Notes under the pieces: model-generated
What the model was told of the DNA's origin: nothing
The model's input: only the letters and a program-made list of their open reading frames with translations
Database searches by the model: none
Assembly (NCBI GenBank): GCA_030390025.1
Contig: CM059432.1
Span: 137,704,001-137,768,000 of the forward strand
Reading direction: 5' to 3'
Length of the DNA: 64,000 nucleotides
DNA from: Squalus acanthias
Taxonomy: Eukaryota
Shown here: positions 25,560-36,920 of the stretch, piece by piece
Layout: each line of letters begins with the position of its first letter
Numbering within the stretch: the stretch's first letter is position 1
Translations under genes and position numbers: made by a program

Positions 25560-27672
25560 CTAGTGGAAAAAAAAGTGAAACTTTTAAGTAAACCTCATTT
25601 TTATGCATTTTAAAAGCTAGTCACACATTCAAGGTTTTTTTTTTCAGGTTAAAAAAAAAAACATAGGCTGTAAATAAAAACTAATATGAAATGAATCAGT
25701 CGTTGCCTTTAGCCACTGCTTACCACTAAGTGGTTTTTAACCATTTTATTTTTAACTTACAGAACAGTTACACAACACACTATATGACTGATGTGAACCA
25801 GTCATATTAATTTCCAAATGCGCTTTGGTTGGGCTGAACATCATGAATCCCACAATACAATGAGTCACACAGTTATTGCAGGCAAATTGCCACCTAATTA
25901 CACACTTTTGAAAATAATTTATTTGCAGTAACGCACAAAATAAAGGTCTGTAATAGAATTAAGTACAGGAAAAACAAGAGAAAAGGGACAGAAGAATAAC
26001 AATCACAATGCCAGAGAGCTTCTATTTAAAAGAAATATATCAAACTATCTTGAATTCCAGACCAGATATCTAGTGCATCAACAATAGAAAACGGCAGTGT
26101 GACATCACAGGTAAGGCAGGTAAGTGATTGGTAACTGTAAACAAAGATGCTAATGCTTAATAAATATATTATATAAATGCATATTATAAGCATTAGCATC
26201 TTTGTAGACATGTAAAGTACTGATTTCCAAATATGGACGAGCATCCATGCTATAATATTTCCATTTCCACCATCAGTTACTCAGAGTACTTTCAAAGTTT
26301 TGTGCTGTTAACAGACAGTCAGAGTTTTGCCTAAACTGAAATTAAAATGCCAGAAATACACAGCAGGTTAATTGGCATCTGAAAATGGAAAATATGTATC
26401 AAGGTTTTTGGTATCAGCACTGGAAAAAAGGAAAGCAAGGGAGGCCCTTTATTAAACTGAGCAAAACAAAAAAAGCTATTTTCTTCCCTTTTTCCAGTTC
26501 TGAGATGATTCTGACCTGAAACAGTAGCCTACAGTTTTTTCCCCCAGACACTGACAGACTGTGTGCAATTCCAGCAATTTTTGCTTATATTTCCAGTATT
26601 GTATTTTCTACATTTTAACTACCTAAATTAATTTCATTTGAGACTGTGAACAACTAGAGAGAGAAGTTCATAGTCCCGTAAGTTTGGTCTGTCCATCCAG
26701 GCACCAGAACTGAAAGGACACTTTTCTAAACCCATGAGCCATCTACATGTACCACAGGCAAGTAATCTACTTCTATGTTTATTCGCTATACTATTACCAC
26801 AGATAACCTATACCACACTCATGCTTCTTATGAGCCAAGGTGATTTAAAAACTTAACATTTCTAAAGTGCTTCGCACAGAGAGAACATCTAGAGTACATC
26901 AAAGAAAGAAGGGGGAAGCAAAGACACTGTCAAACAGACAGGTTTTAAGAAGGCTTTTGAAAGCAGCAAAGAATGTAGCAGAGAAGGATGGATTTTGGGA
27001 GGGAGTTTCTGAGAAGGGGAGTATTGTAGCTAAAGGAAACGCCACCAGTGAAGAAGCAGAGGGAGCAGGGAATGAGAGGTCGCAGAGGATGCATGCAGGG
27101 ATGACAGCTGGAGGAAACAGTATAAACACAGAGGCCTGTGAGTGGAGCCAGCACTGAGTGAACAACTGGGAGTTTAGTAAGTGTGGGAGTTTTAAGGGTT
27201 AATCTCTTTTAAAATCTAGTGTTAGTTGCTAGTAGCTCTTAAGTAAGATCGGCTGTTTAAGTTAAAATTTAAACTTTAAATTTTTAAGTTTCTTCAGGCT
27301 TAAGCAGAGACAAACAAGCAAGCTCTCCTGCTGGAGAGCTGCTGTCGTTAGTTAATTAGCTAACTGGATTAAACTGGTTTCTGAAACAGTAGCAGAGCAG
27401 TGTTGACTCATCTGAGTCACAAACAGTATAAACACAGGAGCCTGTGAGTGCAGCCAGCACAGAGTGAACAACTGGGAGTTTGGTAAGTGTGGGAGTTCGG
27501 TGAAGTGGAGGAAGGAGGTGCTTGCTTTTCCTAACTTCTCCCGCAGAGCGGCGGCGGACCTGAGCGGGAGCAGACCGAGACCCGAGAGCGGGGATAAAAG
27601 CAGCAGCAGACCTGCATCAACAATAGAAAACGGCAGTGTGACATCACAGGTAAGGCAGGTAAGTGATTGGTA

Positions 27673-28109
27673 GTGAGTCCTGAAGGCTATGTTGCCTACC
27701 CGGTGCCAGGGTAAAGGACATCTCCTCCGAGCTGGAGAAAAACTTGGAGTGGGAGGGGGAGGATCCAGTTGTCGTGGTCCACGTTGGTAGCAATGACATA
27801 GGTAGGACAAAGAAAGAGGTTCTGCTGAGAGAGTTTGAGCAGCTAGGGACTAAATTAAAAAGCGGAACCACAAAGGTCATAATCTCTGGATTATTACCGG
27901 AGCCACAAGCAAATTGGCATAGGATCAGGAAGATGAATGCGTGGCTCAAAGATTGGTGTGGGAGAAGTGGGTTTCGATTTGTGGGGCACTGGCACCAGTA
28001 CTGGGGAAACAGAGAGCTGTTCCGTTGGGATGGACTACACCTGAACCATGCTGGGACCAGAGTTCTAGCGAATCGAATAACTAGGGAGGTAGATAGGGCT
28101 TTAAACTAA
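27673..28109 (+). pseudogene. CR1 ORF1 C-terminal SGNH/GDSL esterase domain (N-terminus missing)
   Basis: LCCLPGARVKDI..VVVVHVGSNDIG..KVIISGLLP..DGLHLNHAG: block II/III GxND and DxxH motifs typical of CR1 ORF1 esterase. Confidence 0.9.
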
Positions 28110-28329
28110 AGGGGGGGGGGGATGGGTCCCAGTGGAGAGAAATCTAGAATGCTAAAGAGAAAAGACAAGGAAGCAGTGCAGGAAAGTGATTGGGGTAAGG
28201 ATAACCAGATTGTGTCAGGAAGGGACAGAGCGTACAAACAAAGGAGTGCACTAACAAATAGGGTCCGGGTAAGAAAAAATGGTAATAAGGCAAATAGGGC
28301 CATAGTACAAAAAAATGTTAAGATGTCTA

Positions 28330-31146
28330 AAAATGGTAAAACGACAAATCTAAAGGCACTGTATCTGAATGCACGAAGCATTCGTAGTAAGGTAGACGAA
28401 TTAACAGCGCAAATAGATGTAAACGGATACGATATAATTGCGATTACGGAGACATGGCTGCAGGGTGACCAAGACTGGGAGCTGAATATCCAAGGATATT
28501 CGATATTTAGGAAGGACAGGCAAAAAGGAAAAGGAGGTGGGGTGGCGTTGTTAGTAAAGGATGAAATCAGAGCAATAGTGTGAAAGGATATTGGCTCAGA
28601 AAATCAAGATGTAGAATCAGTCTGGGTGGAGCTAAGAAGCACCAAGGGGCAGAAAACATTGGTGGCATTGTCTATAGGCCTCCAAACAGTAGTGGTAATG
28701 TAGGGGACGGCATCAAACAGGAAATTAGAGATGCATGTAACAAGGGTACTACAGTAATCATGGGTGACTTTATTCTACATATAGACTGGCCAAACCAAAT
28801 TAGCAATAATACTGTGCAGGATGAATTCCTGGAGTGTGTATGAGATGTTTTTTAGACCAGTACATTGAGGAGCCAACTAGGGAACAGGCTATCCTAGATT
28901 GGGTATTGTGCAATGAGAAGTGGTTAATTAATAATCTTGTTGTGCAGGGTCCTTTAGGGAAGAGTGACCATAACATGATAGAATTCTTCATTAAGATGGA
29001 AAGTGAAGAAGTCCAATCCGAAACTAGGATCCTAAATCTAAACAAAGGAAACTATGAAGGTATGAGGAGTGAGTTGGCTATGATAGATTGGAGAGCTTCA
29101 TTAAAAGGCATGACGGTGGCTAGGCAATGGCTAACATTTAAGGAACGAATGCATGAATTGCAACAGTTATACATTCCTTTCTGGCGCAAAAACACAAAAG
29201 GAAAAGCGGCCCAACCATGGCTAACAAAAGAAATTAAGGATAGTATTAGATCCAAAGAGGAGTCATATAAAGTTGCCAGAAAAAGTAGCAAGCCTGAGGA
29301 TTGGGAACAGTTTCGAGTTCAGCAAAAAAGGACCAAGAGATTGATTAAGAGGGGAAAAATAGAGTATGAGAGTAAACTTGCAAGGAACATAAAAGCGGAC
29401 TGTAAAAGCTTCTACAACTATGTAAAAAGAAAAAGATTAGTGAAGACAAATGTAGGTCCCTTACAGTCAGAAACGGGAGAATTTATAATGGGGACAAGGA
29501 AATGGCAGAGCAATTAAACAAATACTTTGGTTCTGTCTTCACGGAAGAGGACACAAATAACTTCCCAGAAATGCTAGGGAACCAAGGGTCTAGTGAGAAG
29601 GAGGAATTAAAGGAAATTAGTATTAGTAAAAAAAAAGTGCTGGAGAAATTAATGGGACTGAAAACCGATAAATCTGCATCCCAGAGTACTAAAAGAGGTA
29701 GCCATGGAACTAGTGGATGCATTGGTCGTCATCTTCCAAAATTCTATAGATTATGGAATGGAACAGTTCCTGCAGATTGGAGGGTGACAAATGTAACCCC
29801 ACTATTTAAAAAAGGAGGGAGAGAAAACAGGGAACTACAGACCGGTTAGCCTAACATCAGAAGTAGGGAAAATGCTAGAGTATATTATAAAGGATGTGAT
29901 AACAGGACACTTAGAAAATATCAACGGGATTAGACAAAGTCAACATAGATTTATGAAAGGGAAATCGTGCTTGACAAACCTACTGGAGTTTTTTGAGGAT
30001 GTAACTGGTAGAATAGATAAGGGAGAACCAGTGGATGTGGTGTATTTGGATTTTCAGAAGGCCTTTGATAAAGTCCCACATAGGAGGTTAGTGTGCAAAA
30101 TTAAAGCACATGGGATTGGGGGTAATATACTGGCATGGATTGAAAATTGGTTAACAGGCAGGAAACAGAGAGTAGGAATAAATGGGTCTTTTTCGGGGTG
30201 GCAGGCGGTGACTAGTGGGGTACCGCAGGGATCAGTGCTTGGGCCCCAGCTATTCACAATATATATCAATGTTTTGGATGAGGGAACCAAATGTAATATT
30301 TCCAAGTTTGCTGACGACACAAAACTAGGTGGGATTGCGAGTTGTGAGGAGGATGCAAAAAGGCTTCAAGGCGATTTAGACAAGTTGAGTGAGTGGGCAA
30401 ATACATGGCAGATGCAGTATAACGTGGATAAATGTGAAGTTATCCACTTCGGTAGGAAAAACAAAAAGGCAGAGTATTATTTAAATGGTGATAGATTGGG
30501 AAATGTTGATGTACAAAGGGACCTGGGTGTCCTTGTACACCAGTCACTGAAAGCAAATATGCAGGTGCAGCAAGCAGTTAGGAAGGCAAATGGTATGTTG
30601 GCCTTCATTGCAAGAGGATTTGAGTACAGGAGCAAGGATGTCTTACTACAGTTATACAGGGCCTTGGTGAGACCACACCTGGAATACTGTGTGCAGTTTT
30701 GGTCTCCTTACCCAAGAAAGGATATACTTGCCATAGAGGGAATGCAGCGAAGGTTCACCAGACTGATTCCTGGGATGGCAGAACTGTCGTATGAGGAGAG
30801 ATTGGGTCGACTAGGCCTGTATTCACCAGAGTTTAGAAGAATGAGAGGGGATCTCATTGAAACGTATAAAATTCTGACAGGGCTAGACAGACTGGATGCA
30901 GGGAGGATGTTTCCCCTGGCTGGGGGGGGGGGTCTAGAACGAGGGGTCACAGTCTCAGGATACGGGGGTAGGACATTTAGGACTGAGATGAGGAGAAATT
31001 TCTTCACTCAGAGGGTGGTGAACCTGTGGAATTCTCTACCACAGAAGACTGTGGAGGCCAAGTCACTGAATATATTTAAGAAGGAGATAGATAGATTTCT
31101 AGACACAAAAGGCATCAAGGGGTATGGGGAGAGAGTGGGAATATAG
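28330..31146 (+). pseudogene. CR1 ORF2 (APE endonuclease plus reverse transcriptase), several frameshifts and stops
   Basis: YLNARSIRSK, IAITETWL, YRPPN, MGDF, LGKSDHNMI (APE); [44 protein letters not shown] (RT and C-terminus); split over ORFs 28122-28583, 28580-28843, 28834-29517, 29502-29849, 29872-31146. Confidence 0.95.
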
Positions 31147-32484
31147 TATTGAGATAGAGGATCAGCCATGATCATATTGAATGGCAGAGCAGGCTCGAAG
31201 GGCCTACTCCTGCTCCTATTTTTCTATGTTTCTAAATAGGTTAGAACAAGGATCTAAAAGGGATTTGTAAACGAGGACAAGGATCTTTTGGTTATCCATT
31301 GAGATACAGAAAACTATTGAAGCTTTGCAAGGATATGTGGGATGTGGGTTTGGGGCTATGTGCAGTAGAGGACATGGGACCGCGATGTTCTAGACAAGTT
31401 ATGGCTTGTGGAAGGTGGAGGATGGCCAGAAGAAGCCTCAAAAAGTTGAGCCTTAAGATGACGAAAATATGTACTATAATTTCCTCACTGGTTGGGGGGG
31501 AGGGGAGGTAGTAGAGGAGGTGGAAGAAAGCTGCCCTATTGAGGGATTGGATGCAGAGAAGCTCAGCCTAGTCCATTTAAGTTATGGGCTGAAGCAAAAC
31601 TACGTATTTTGCAGCTATCCTACATCATGCCCCACGAGATAGAACTGCTGAGCTAATGAAGTAACCTTTAATGCTACCTGGACTCCAATCCTTGCCTTGG
31701 TATACAGTCCACCAAACCCTTTCTTGCAGATTTGTTCCCATTGGGCACAAAAACAATTGAGAGGAATTCCTGGGGTTCTTGGTCCTTTCCATAAGGAAAA
31801 AGCAAAGGCCCTTCTGCCATCACATTACATAATACTCTTTGCTTGTCCAACTTAAAATCGACAGTATCTTTTTGGTTCACATGGAATTCTGATGCCATTT
31901 TTAATTGTAAATGTGGGATGAGGGCAAAGGACTGCCCAAGATTCAGATTCCCAAGGACAGAAGTTCATAAACCACTTGAGTGAAGAGTAGTAATGTAATG
32001 TAATTTAATGTAATGTAATTTTTTAAAAAAATATTCATTCATGGGTTGTGGGCGTCGCTGGCAAGGCCGGCATTTATTGCCCATCCCTAATTGCCCTTTA
32101 GAAGGTGGAGGTGAGCCGCCTTCTTGAACCACAGTGGGCATTTAAGAGTCAATTTAAGAGCTGTGGGTCTGGAGTCACATATAGGCCAGACTGGGTAAGG
32201 ACGGCAGATTTCCTCCTCTAAAGGACATTAGTGAACCAGATGGGTTTTTACGACAATCCTGTATTTTCAAGGGATTTAAGTCAATTCGCCCCATCCTGCA
32301 GTACAGACAGAAATATCTGCTATATACACTTTGTTGGAGCGTGGATTAACCCCCATCAAGAACTACAGAAGGTAGTTTAACACCTATGTAATTTCATTCG
32401 GTAAAGTATGAACAGTACCTTGCAAGAGACAGTAAATGTTCTATTTATGTTTATACAGCTGATCTTCTTCTTCGGTAGAGCTCG

Positions 32485-32800
32485 CTGACCTACATTGGCT
32501 TCCGGTCTGGCAACGCCTCAATTTTAAAATTCTCATCCTCGTTTTCAAATCCCTCCATGGCCTCGTCCCTCCCTATCTCTGTAACCCTCTTCCAGCCCTA
32601 CAAGGCTCAGAGATCTCTGCGCTCCTCCAATTCTGGCCTCTTGCACATCCCCGATTTTAATTGCTCCACCATTGGCAGCCGTGCCTTCAGCTGCCTAGGC
32701 TCCAAGCTCTGGAATTCCCTCCTTAAACCTCTCCACCTATCTACCTCTCCCTCTCCACCTATCTACCTCTCTCTTCTCCTTTAAGACGCTCCTTAAATCC
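32485..32800 (+). mobile_element. L2 3'-region fragment
   Basis: ctgacctacattggct..aattttaaaattctcatcc..aagctctggaattccctcc. Confidence 0.83.
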
Positions 32801-32804
32801 TATC

Positions 32805-33045
32805 TCTTCGCCTCAAACACTCCAAGTGATAGCGAGTTCCGTATGGTTACCTCTCTCTGAGTAAAGAAATTTCTTCTGAATTCCTTATTGGATTTATTAG
32901 AGACTATCTTATATTTATGGCTCCTAGTTTTGGACTCCCCCACAAGTGGAAACATGTACTCTACATCTACCCTATCAAACCCCTTCATAATATCAGGTCA
33001 TCCCTCAGTCTTCTCTTTGAGAGAAAAGAGCCCCAGCCTGCTCAG
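32805..33045 (-). mobile_element. CR1 fragment abutting a plus-strand L2 fragment
   Basis: MKGFDRVD..FRRNFFTQR ORF 32800-32988. Confidence 0.8.
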
Positions 33046-33502
33046 GTTAGCCTGTGCAGCAGATACATCATTTATGTAAAAAGGAAATATGAGGAGACAT
33101 CCGATTCTTTTCAAGGCATTCAACAAAAATTCATGAGGTAGTTCTGCACGCATTAATAAAATTTAAGAAAACTGACCTTTAAAAATTTGAACTGATATTT
33201 TTTTTTACCTGATATATTCATCCAAGGGTATAACCATATATCTTACCTGAAGTCAAGAGCATCTTTCTATAAGTTAAAACAGCTTTTTTTTCTAAAAAGG
33301 ATCAGATAAAACTGCACACAAGTATCACTGAATTTTAATTTTTGTTCAGGGTACATCAATTAAACCCCTTCAATTTGTTTATTGCCTTGTAAACTCTCAG
33401 TCATTTGCCATTGTAAGTATGCATCACTTTTTGTTTTCTGCAGGAATTCATTTCCTCATGTGTGTCTAATCCCATTAATTCATGTATGATTAAAACTCTT
33501 AC

Positions 33503-33703
33503 CTGAATCAGTGATGAGGATCGGTTCCTGGAGAGGAATATCAGTTAACGTGATGCTGTTTTTTAAAATCCGCGTCTTGGCTGGTTTGCGTGGAAATCGT
33601 TTCTTAAGCTGTAAGTTTTTGAAGTGGGAAGCGATGTGACTTTTGCGGTGCCCTGAGGTGCGGAACTTTTTGTCACAGTGCGGACAGTCAAAAGGTCTGG
33701 CTC
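33503..33703 (-). CDS. ZNF236: ZNF236 coding exon (1 finger)
   Basis: catcag|GA..G|gtaaga, 201 nt; [66 protein letters not shown](G). Confidence 0.96.
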
Positions 33704-34396
33704 CTGATGGTAAAAATAGGAGAGAGAAGATCAATGGAGAAATAGAATTGGGGGAAAAAAAAACCCAGAATTATTGGTTTGAATCCTTGCTGAATAAATG
33801 AGATGGCATTCTTTTCTCTAGTTACGGATTTCATTCCAGTAACCCTGGAATTGTGCAATTGCTCCAAGACACTTTCAAACCGTTTTTAAACATGGTTTCT
33901 TGGCTTCCTCCAATGGCAGGGTGAAGACACTGTTTGGTGTCGAACTAAGCCATGTTCAATTCTTGACTCTGCTGAGTCAGTTGATCTCACCCAGGGCAGC
34001 CAACAGGATGCTTCAAATAGCTTCAATGTGCAAGTGGGGGAGTTAACTGTGATATTCTTAAGACGCTCAGTGTCCATCCAAGGCCCCAAAGTGTCAGGCA
34101 GGAAGCATGTGTGCATTCCCGACCGGAAGTCCATTGCCCGCTATATTGGGTAAGAACAAACAAGCGGCGTCCTTTACCCGTGCCTGAAGCAGGCATAGTC
34201 CCTTTGCATATGCAACAAGATTGGTTTGCCCCGAGGCATCAGATAAACCAACTCTGCAGAATGCCAGCAACAAAAATGGTAAATAACTTACCTGAATTTG
34301 GAGCCTCACGACCCCATATAAAAAAGGACCTGATCGCCGCCACTGGGTTATTCCAGAAAACATTTCAAATTGATGCAGAAATCTTTTAAAAGATAC

Positions 34397-34669
34397 CTGT
34401 ATGAAGCCGAAGATGAACCTTTAGACTCCCTTGAGTGGAGAACATCTTTGCACACATGGGACATCTGAACTCCTTGATGCCAGTGTGTGTCTTCATGTGT
34501 GCAGTGAGGGTACTTTTCACAGCAAATGCCCGGAAACACTGAGTGCACTTGTATGGTTTCTCATGAGTGTGAATACGAATATGTCGCACTAGATCACTAG
34601 GCTTTTTAAATTCTTTTGTGCAATATGTACACATGTGCCATCTAATTCCATTCACTCGCCGGACAGACC
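34397..34669 (-). CDS. ZNF236: ZNF236 coding exon (3 fingers)
   Basis: tcccag|GG..G|gtatct, 273 nt; [90 protein letters not shown](G). Confidence 0.97.
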
Positions 34670-35559
34670 CTGGGAATATAAAAGATTAGAACATCAGTTA
34701 ATGAAAATTAACATAGAAATGTTCACACTGTCCTAATAAATACATAGATGGAGTTAATAAAAAAAATCTATGTATCAAGAAAAATCTATGCATCCCCTAA
34801 GTTGCAAATACGCTCTTCCTCCTCCCTGCACCCTCACTGTTTTTAAATCAAGAATTATCTCCTATTCTTACTAGGACCTCAAAACTGTGGGACTAATTAC
34901 GCCCACCAGTTGACACTACTTTCTGACTGATGACCTGAAACTCTCTTTCTCTCTAGATGCTGCCTGACCTGTTGAGTATTTCCAGCATTTTCTATTTTTA
35001 TTTCAGATTCCCAGCATCCACAGTATTTTGCTTTTGTGATTCTTTGTCAAGGGCCTTTTGGAAATCTAGTGCACTACATCATATGCATTCTCCCTGCCCT
35101 CATCAATTTGGGATGATATTCCTCACTAAGTCTATGAGGTTGGTCAGGCAAGATCAGCCCATTCTAAAATCACATTGCCTGTCATTTTTTAGATTAGTTC
35201 TTAATTCAATCCTAGATGAGTTATTTTATTATGCTGGGTATCTGTTTAATTTTTATGGAAGAATTAAATCTGTACTACTAGGTGCAGGCTTATAATATTT
35301 ACTATTACCCATCAAGTGGCATGAAGATAATCAGGGATTATGCGACTCACACGAGGATCGGAAAACTCCTTGTGAAGTTGGTACTGCACTCTAATCTTCA
35401 TCAAAAAATAAATGGCAGGCGACATCTGGCTTAACATATGATTTGACCATTTGTTACATTAAATCTTTGGCATTTTATTCTAAAATTTATATTTGGTGTC
35501 TTACACAACCAAGTCATTAAAAAAAAAATTGTGCATTATTCTCCATCAAATGCCATATC

Positions 35560-35900
35560 ATACAGCACCGAAGGAGGCCATTCAGCCCAGCGTGCCTGTG
35601 CCGGCTCTTTGATAGAGCTATCCAATTAGTTCCACTCCCCTACTCTTTCCCCATAGCCCTGTAATTTTTGTCCCCCTTCACGTATTTATCCAATTCCCTT
35701 TTGAAAGTTACTACTAATCTGCTCCCGCCACCCTTTCAGGTAGCGTATTCCAGATCACAACAACTCGCTGCGTAAAAAAATGTTTCTTCATGTTGCCTCT
35801 GGTTCTTTTGTCAATGACCTTAAATTTGTGTCCTCTGGTTACCGACCCTTCTGCCACTGGAAACTGTTTCTCCTCCTTTACTCTATCAAAACCCTTCATG
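35560..35900 (-). mobile_element. CR1 3' fragment
   Basis: MKGFDRV..FFTQRVVVIWNTLP; similar to 58580-58950 in reverse. Confidence 0.85.
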
Positions 35901-35976
35901 ACCAATATTATTCATATTAAACATATGCAACGGACTAAAAGGATAGCTCTCTCAGACCTGATACTTTCTGACTTAC

Positions 35977-36199
35977 CAGGATACAACATCATTTTTTTCA
36001 CCACATCCACATTCTCCTTGCCGGACAGTTTTTCCATGCGCTGCTGGTGCGACTGTGGAGTGGAAGACTGAGTCTGTTGAAGTGGTGTAGTCTGTGCATC
36101 CTGGGACTGACTTCGAGATAACGAAGCCCTCGGCTGACCAGACTCTGATTGATGAGCTTGGATGGGAATAGTTGTTAGCCCACTGTTTTCTAAGGCTTG
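35977..36199 (-). CDS. ZNF236: ZNF236 coding exon (linker; absent from ORF track)
   Basis: ttacag|CAA..G|gtaagt, 223 nt, open frame; QALENSGLTTIPIQAHQSESGQ...KENVDVVKKMMLYP(G); QALENSGL matches ZNF236. Confidence 0.92.
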
Positions 36200-36743
36200 C
36201 TGTAATTAATTGAAAAAGTCATTAAAAAAAATACATTCAATATAATATCTGGTAAAAATGAGAACTATCACACAAAATTACACAGAAGAACCCGTTGGTT
36301 AATGAGGTCAGGTTCAAAGCATGTGGTGGGTGTAACTGTGACAGCAATGCAACCAAAGCAACACATTTTATAGTAGTTCATAAAGAATTACAAGTGGGGT
36401 TTGAGATCAACGGTTGTATCAAAGAAGGTGTAAAACTAAAAAGATAACAAGGTCTATCTACACATTTTGTCATAAGAACACTCAGTAAGGTTCTATGCGC
36501 ATGTTTTTATTCGGTCGCTATCCTGCTATCAACCCCAATACAAAAAAATCCAGAGAGCCATCGTTCAATTTTGTGTCCCCACTTCATTTGTTTTTAATTC
36601 AGATCTCCAAGATTGTTTAAAGAAAACCAAGATGGTGCCTCATTCATTTTTACTTGCTTGTCAGTGGTTGAAAGATTTGGAAGCTGGTTTGGCATTGTAA
36701 TACTGTTTCTATAGTTGGTGAAGTAGAGATGGGGAGAACTCAC

Positions 36744-36920
36744 TTGCAAGATGTCCTGATTGATACTGCCCTCTATGGCGATTTGCTGCAGTGGCTGCTG
36801 AGACTGCGTCCCCTCTCCAGTCACCTGCTCCGACAGCTCCAAGAGCTGCTGTATAACATCGGTCACTGCTTGTGCTCCTTGGTGACCTCCTGTGGAGGTT
36901 ACTGGCGATGATCCAACTGC
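36744..36920 (-). CDS. ZNF236: ZNF236 coding exon (linker)
   Basis: caacag|GCA..CAA|gtgagt, 177 nt, phase 0-0; AVGSSPVTSTGGHQGAQAVTDVIQQLLELSEQVTGEGTQSQQPLQQIAIEGSINQDILQ (DVIQQLLELSE and INQDILQ are ZNF236 motifs). Confidence 0.92.

Larger units (their letters stand above)
27117..31233 (+). mobile_element. Near-full-length CR1 LINE (5'UTR, truncated ORF1, disrupted ORF2, 3' tail), antisense to host gene, inserted into an old L2 fragment
   Basis: Ordered SGNH ORF1, APE endonuclease and RT segments; 3' end gggcctactcctgctcct..tttctatgtttcta; flanks 26870-27116 and 31234-31300 read as the two halves of a degenerate minus-strand L2 segment. Confidence 0.95.

Noticed and set aside
27744..28109. 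SGNH hydrolase ORF as a cellular or horizontally acquired gene
   Set aside because: It sits directly upstream of APE/RT in CR1 order; an esterase in ORF1 is an established CR1 feature
29872..31146. 424-aa reverse transcriptase as a retron, DGR or group II intron system
   Set aside because: Motifs ([37 protein letters not shown]) and context are those of vertebrate CR1 ORF2; the upstream part is frameshifted
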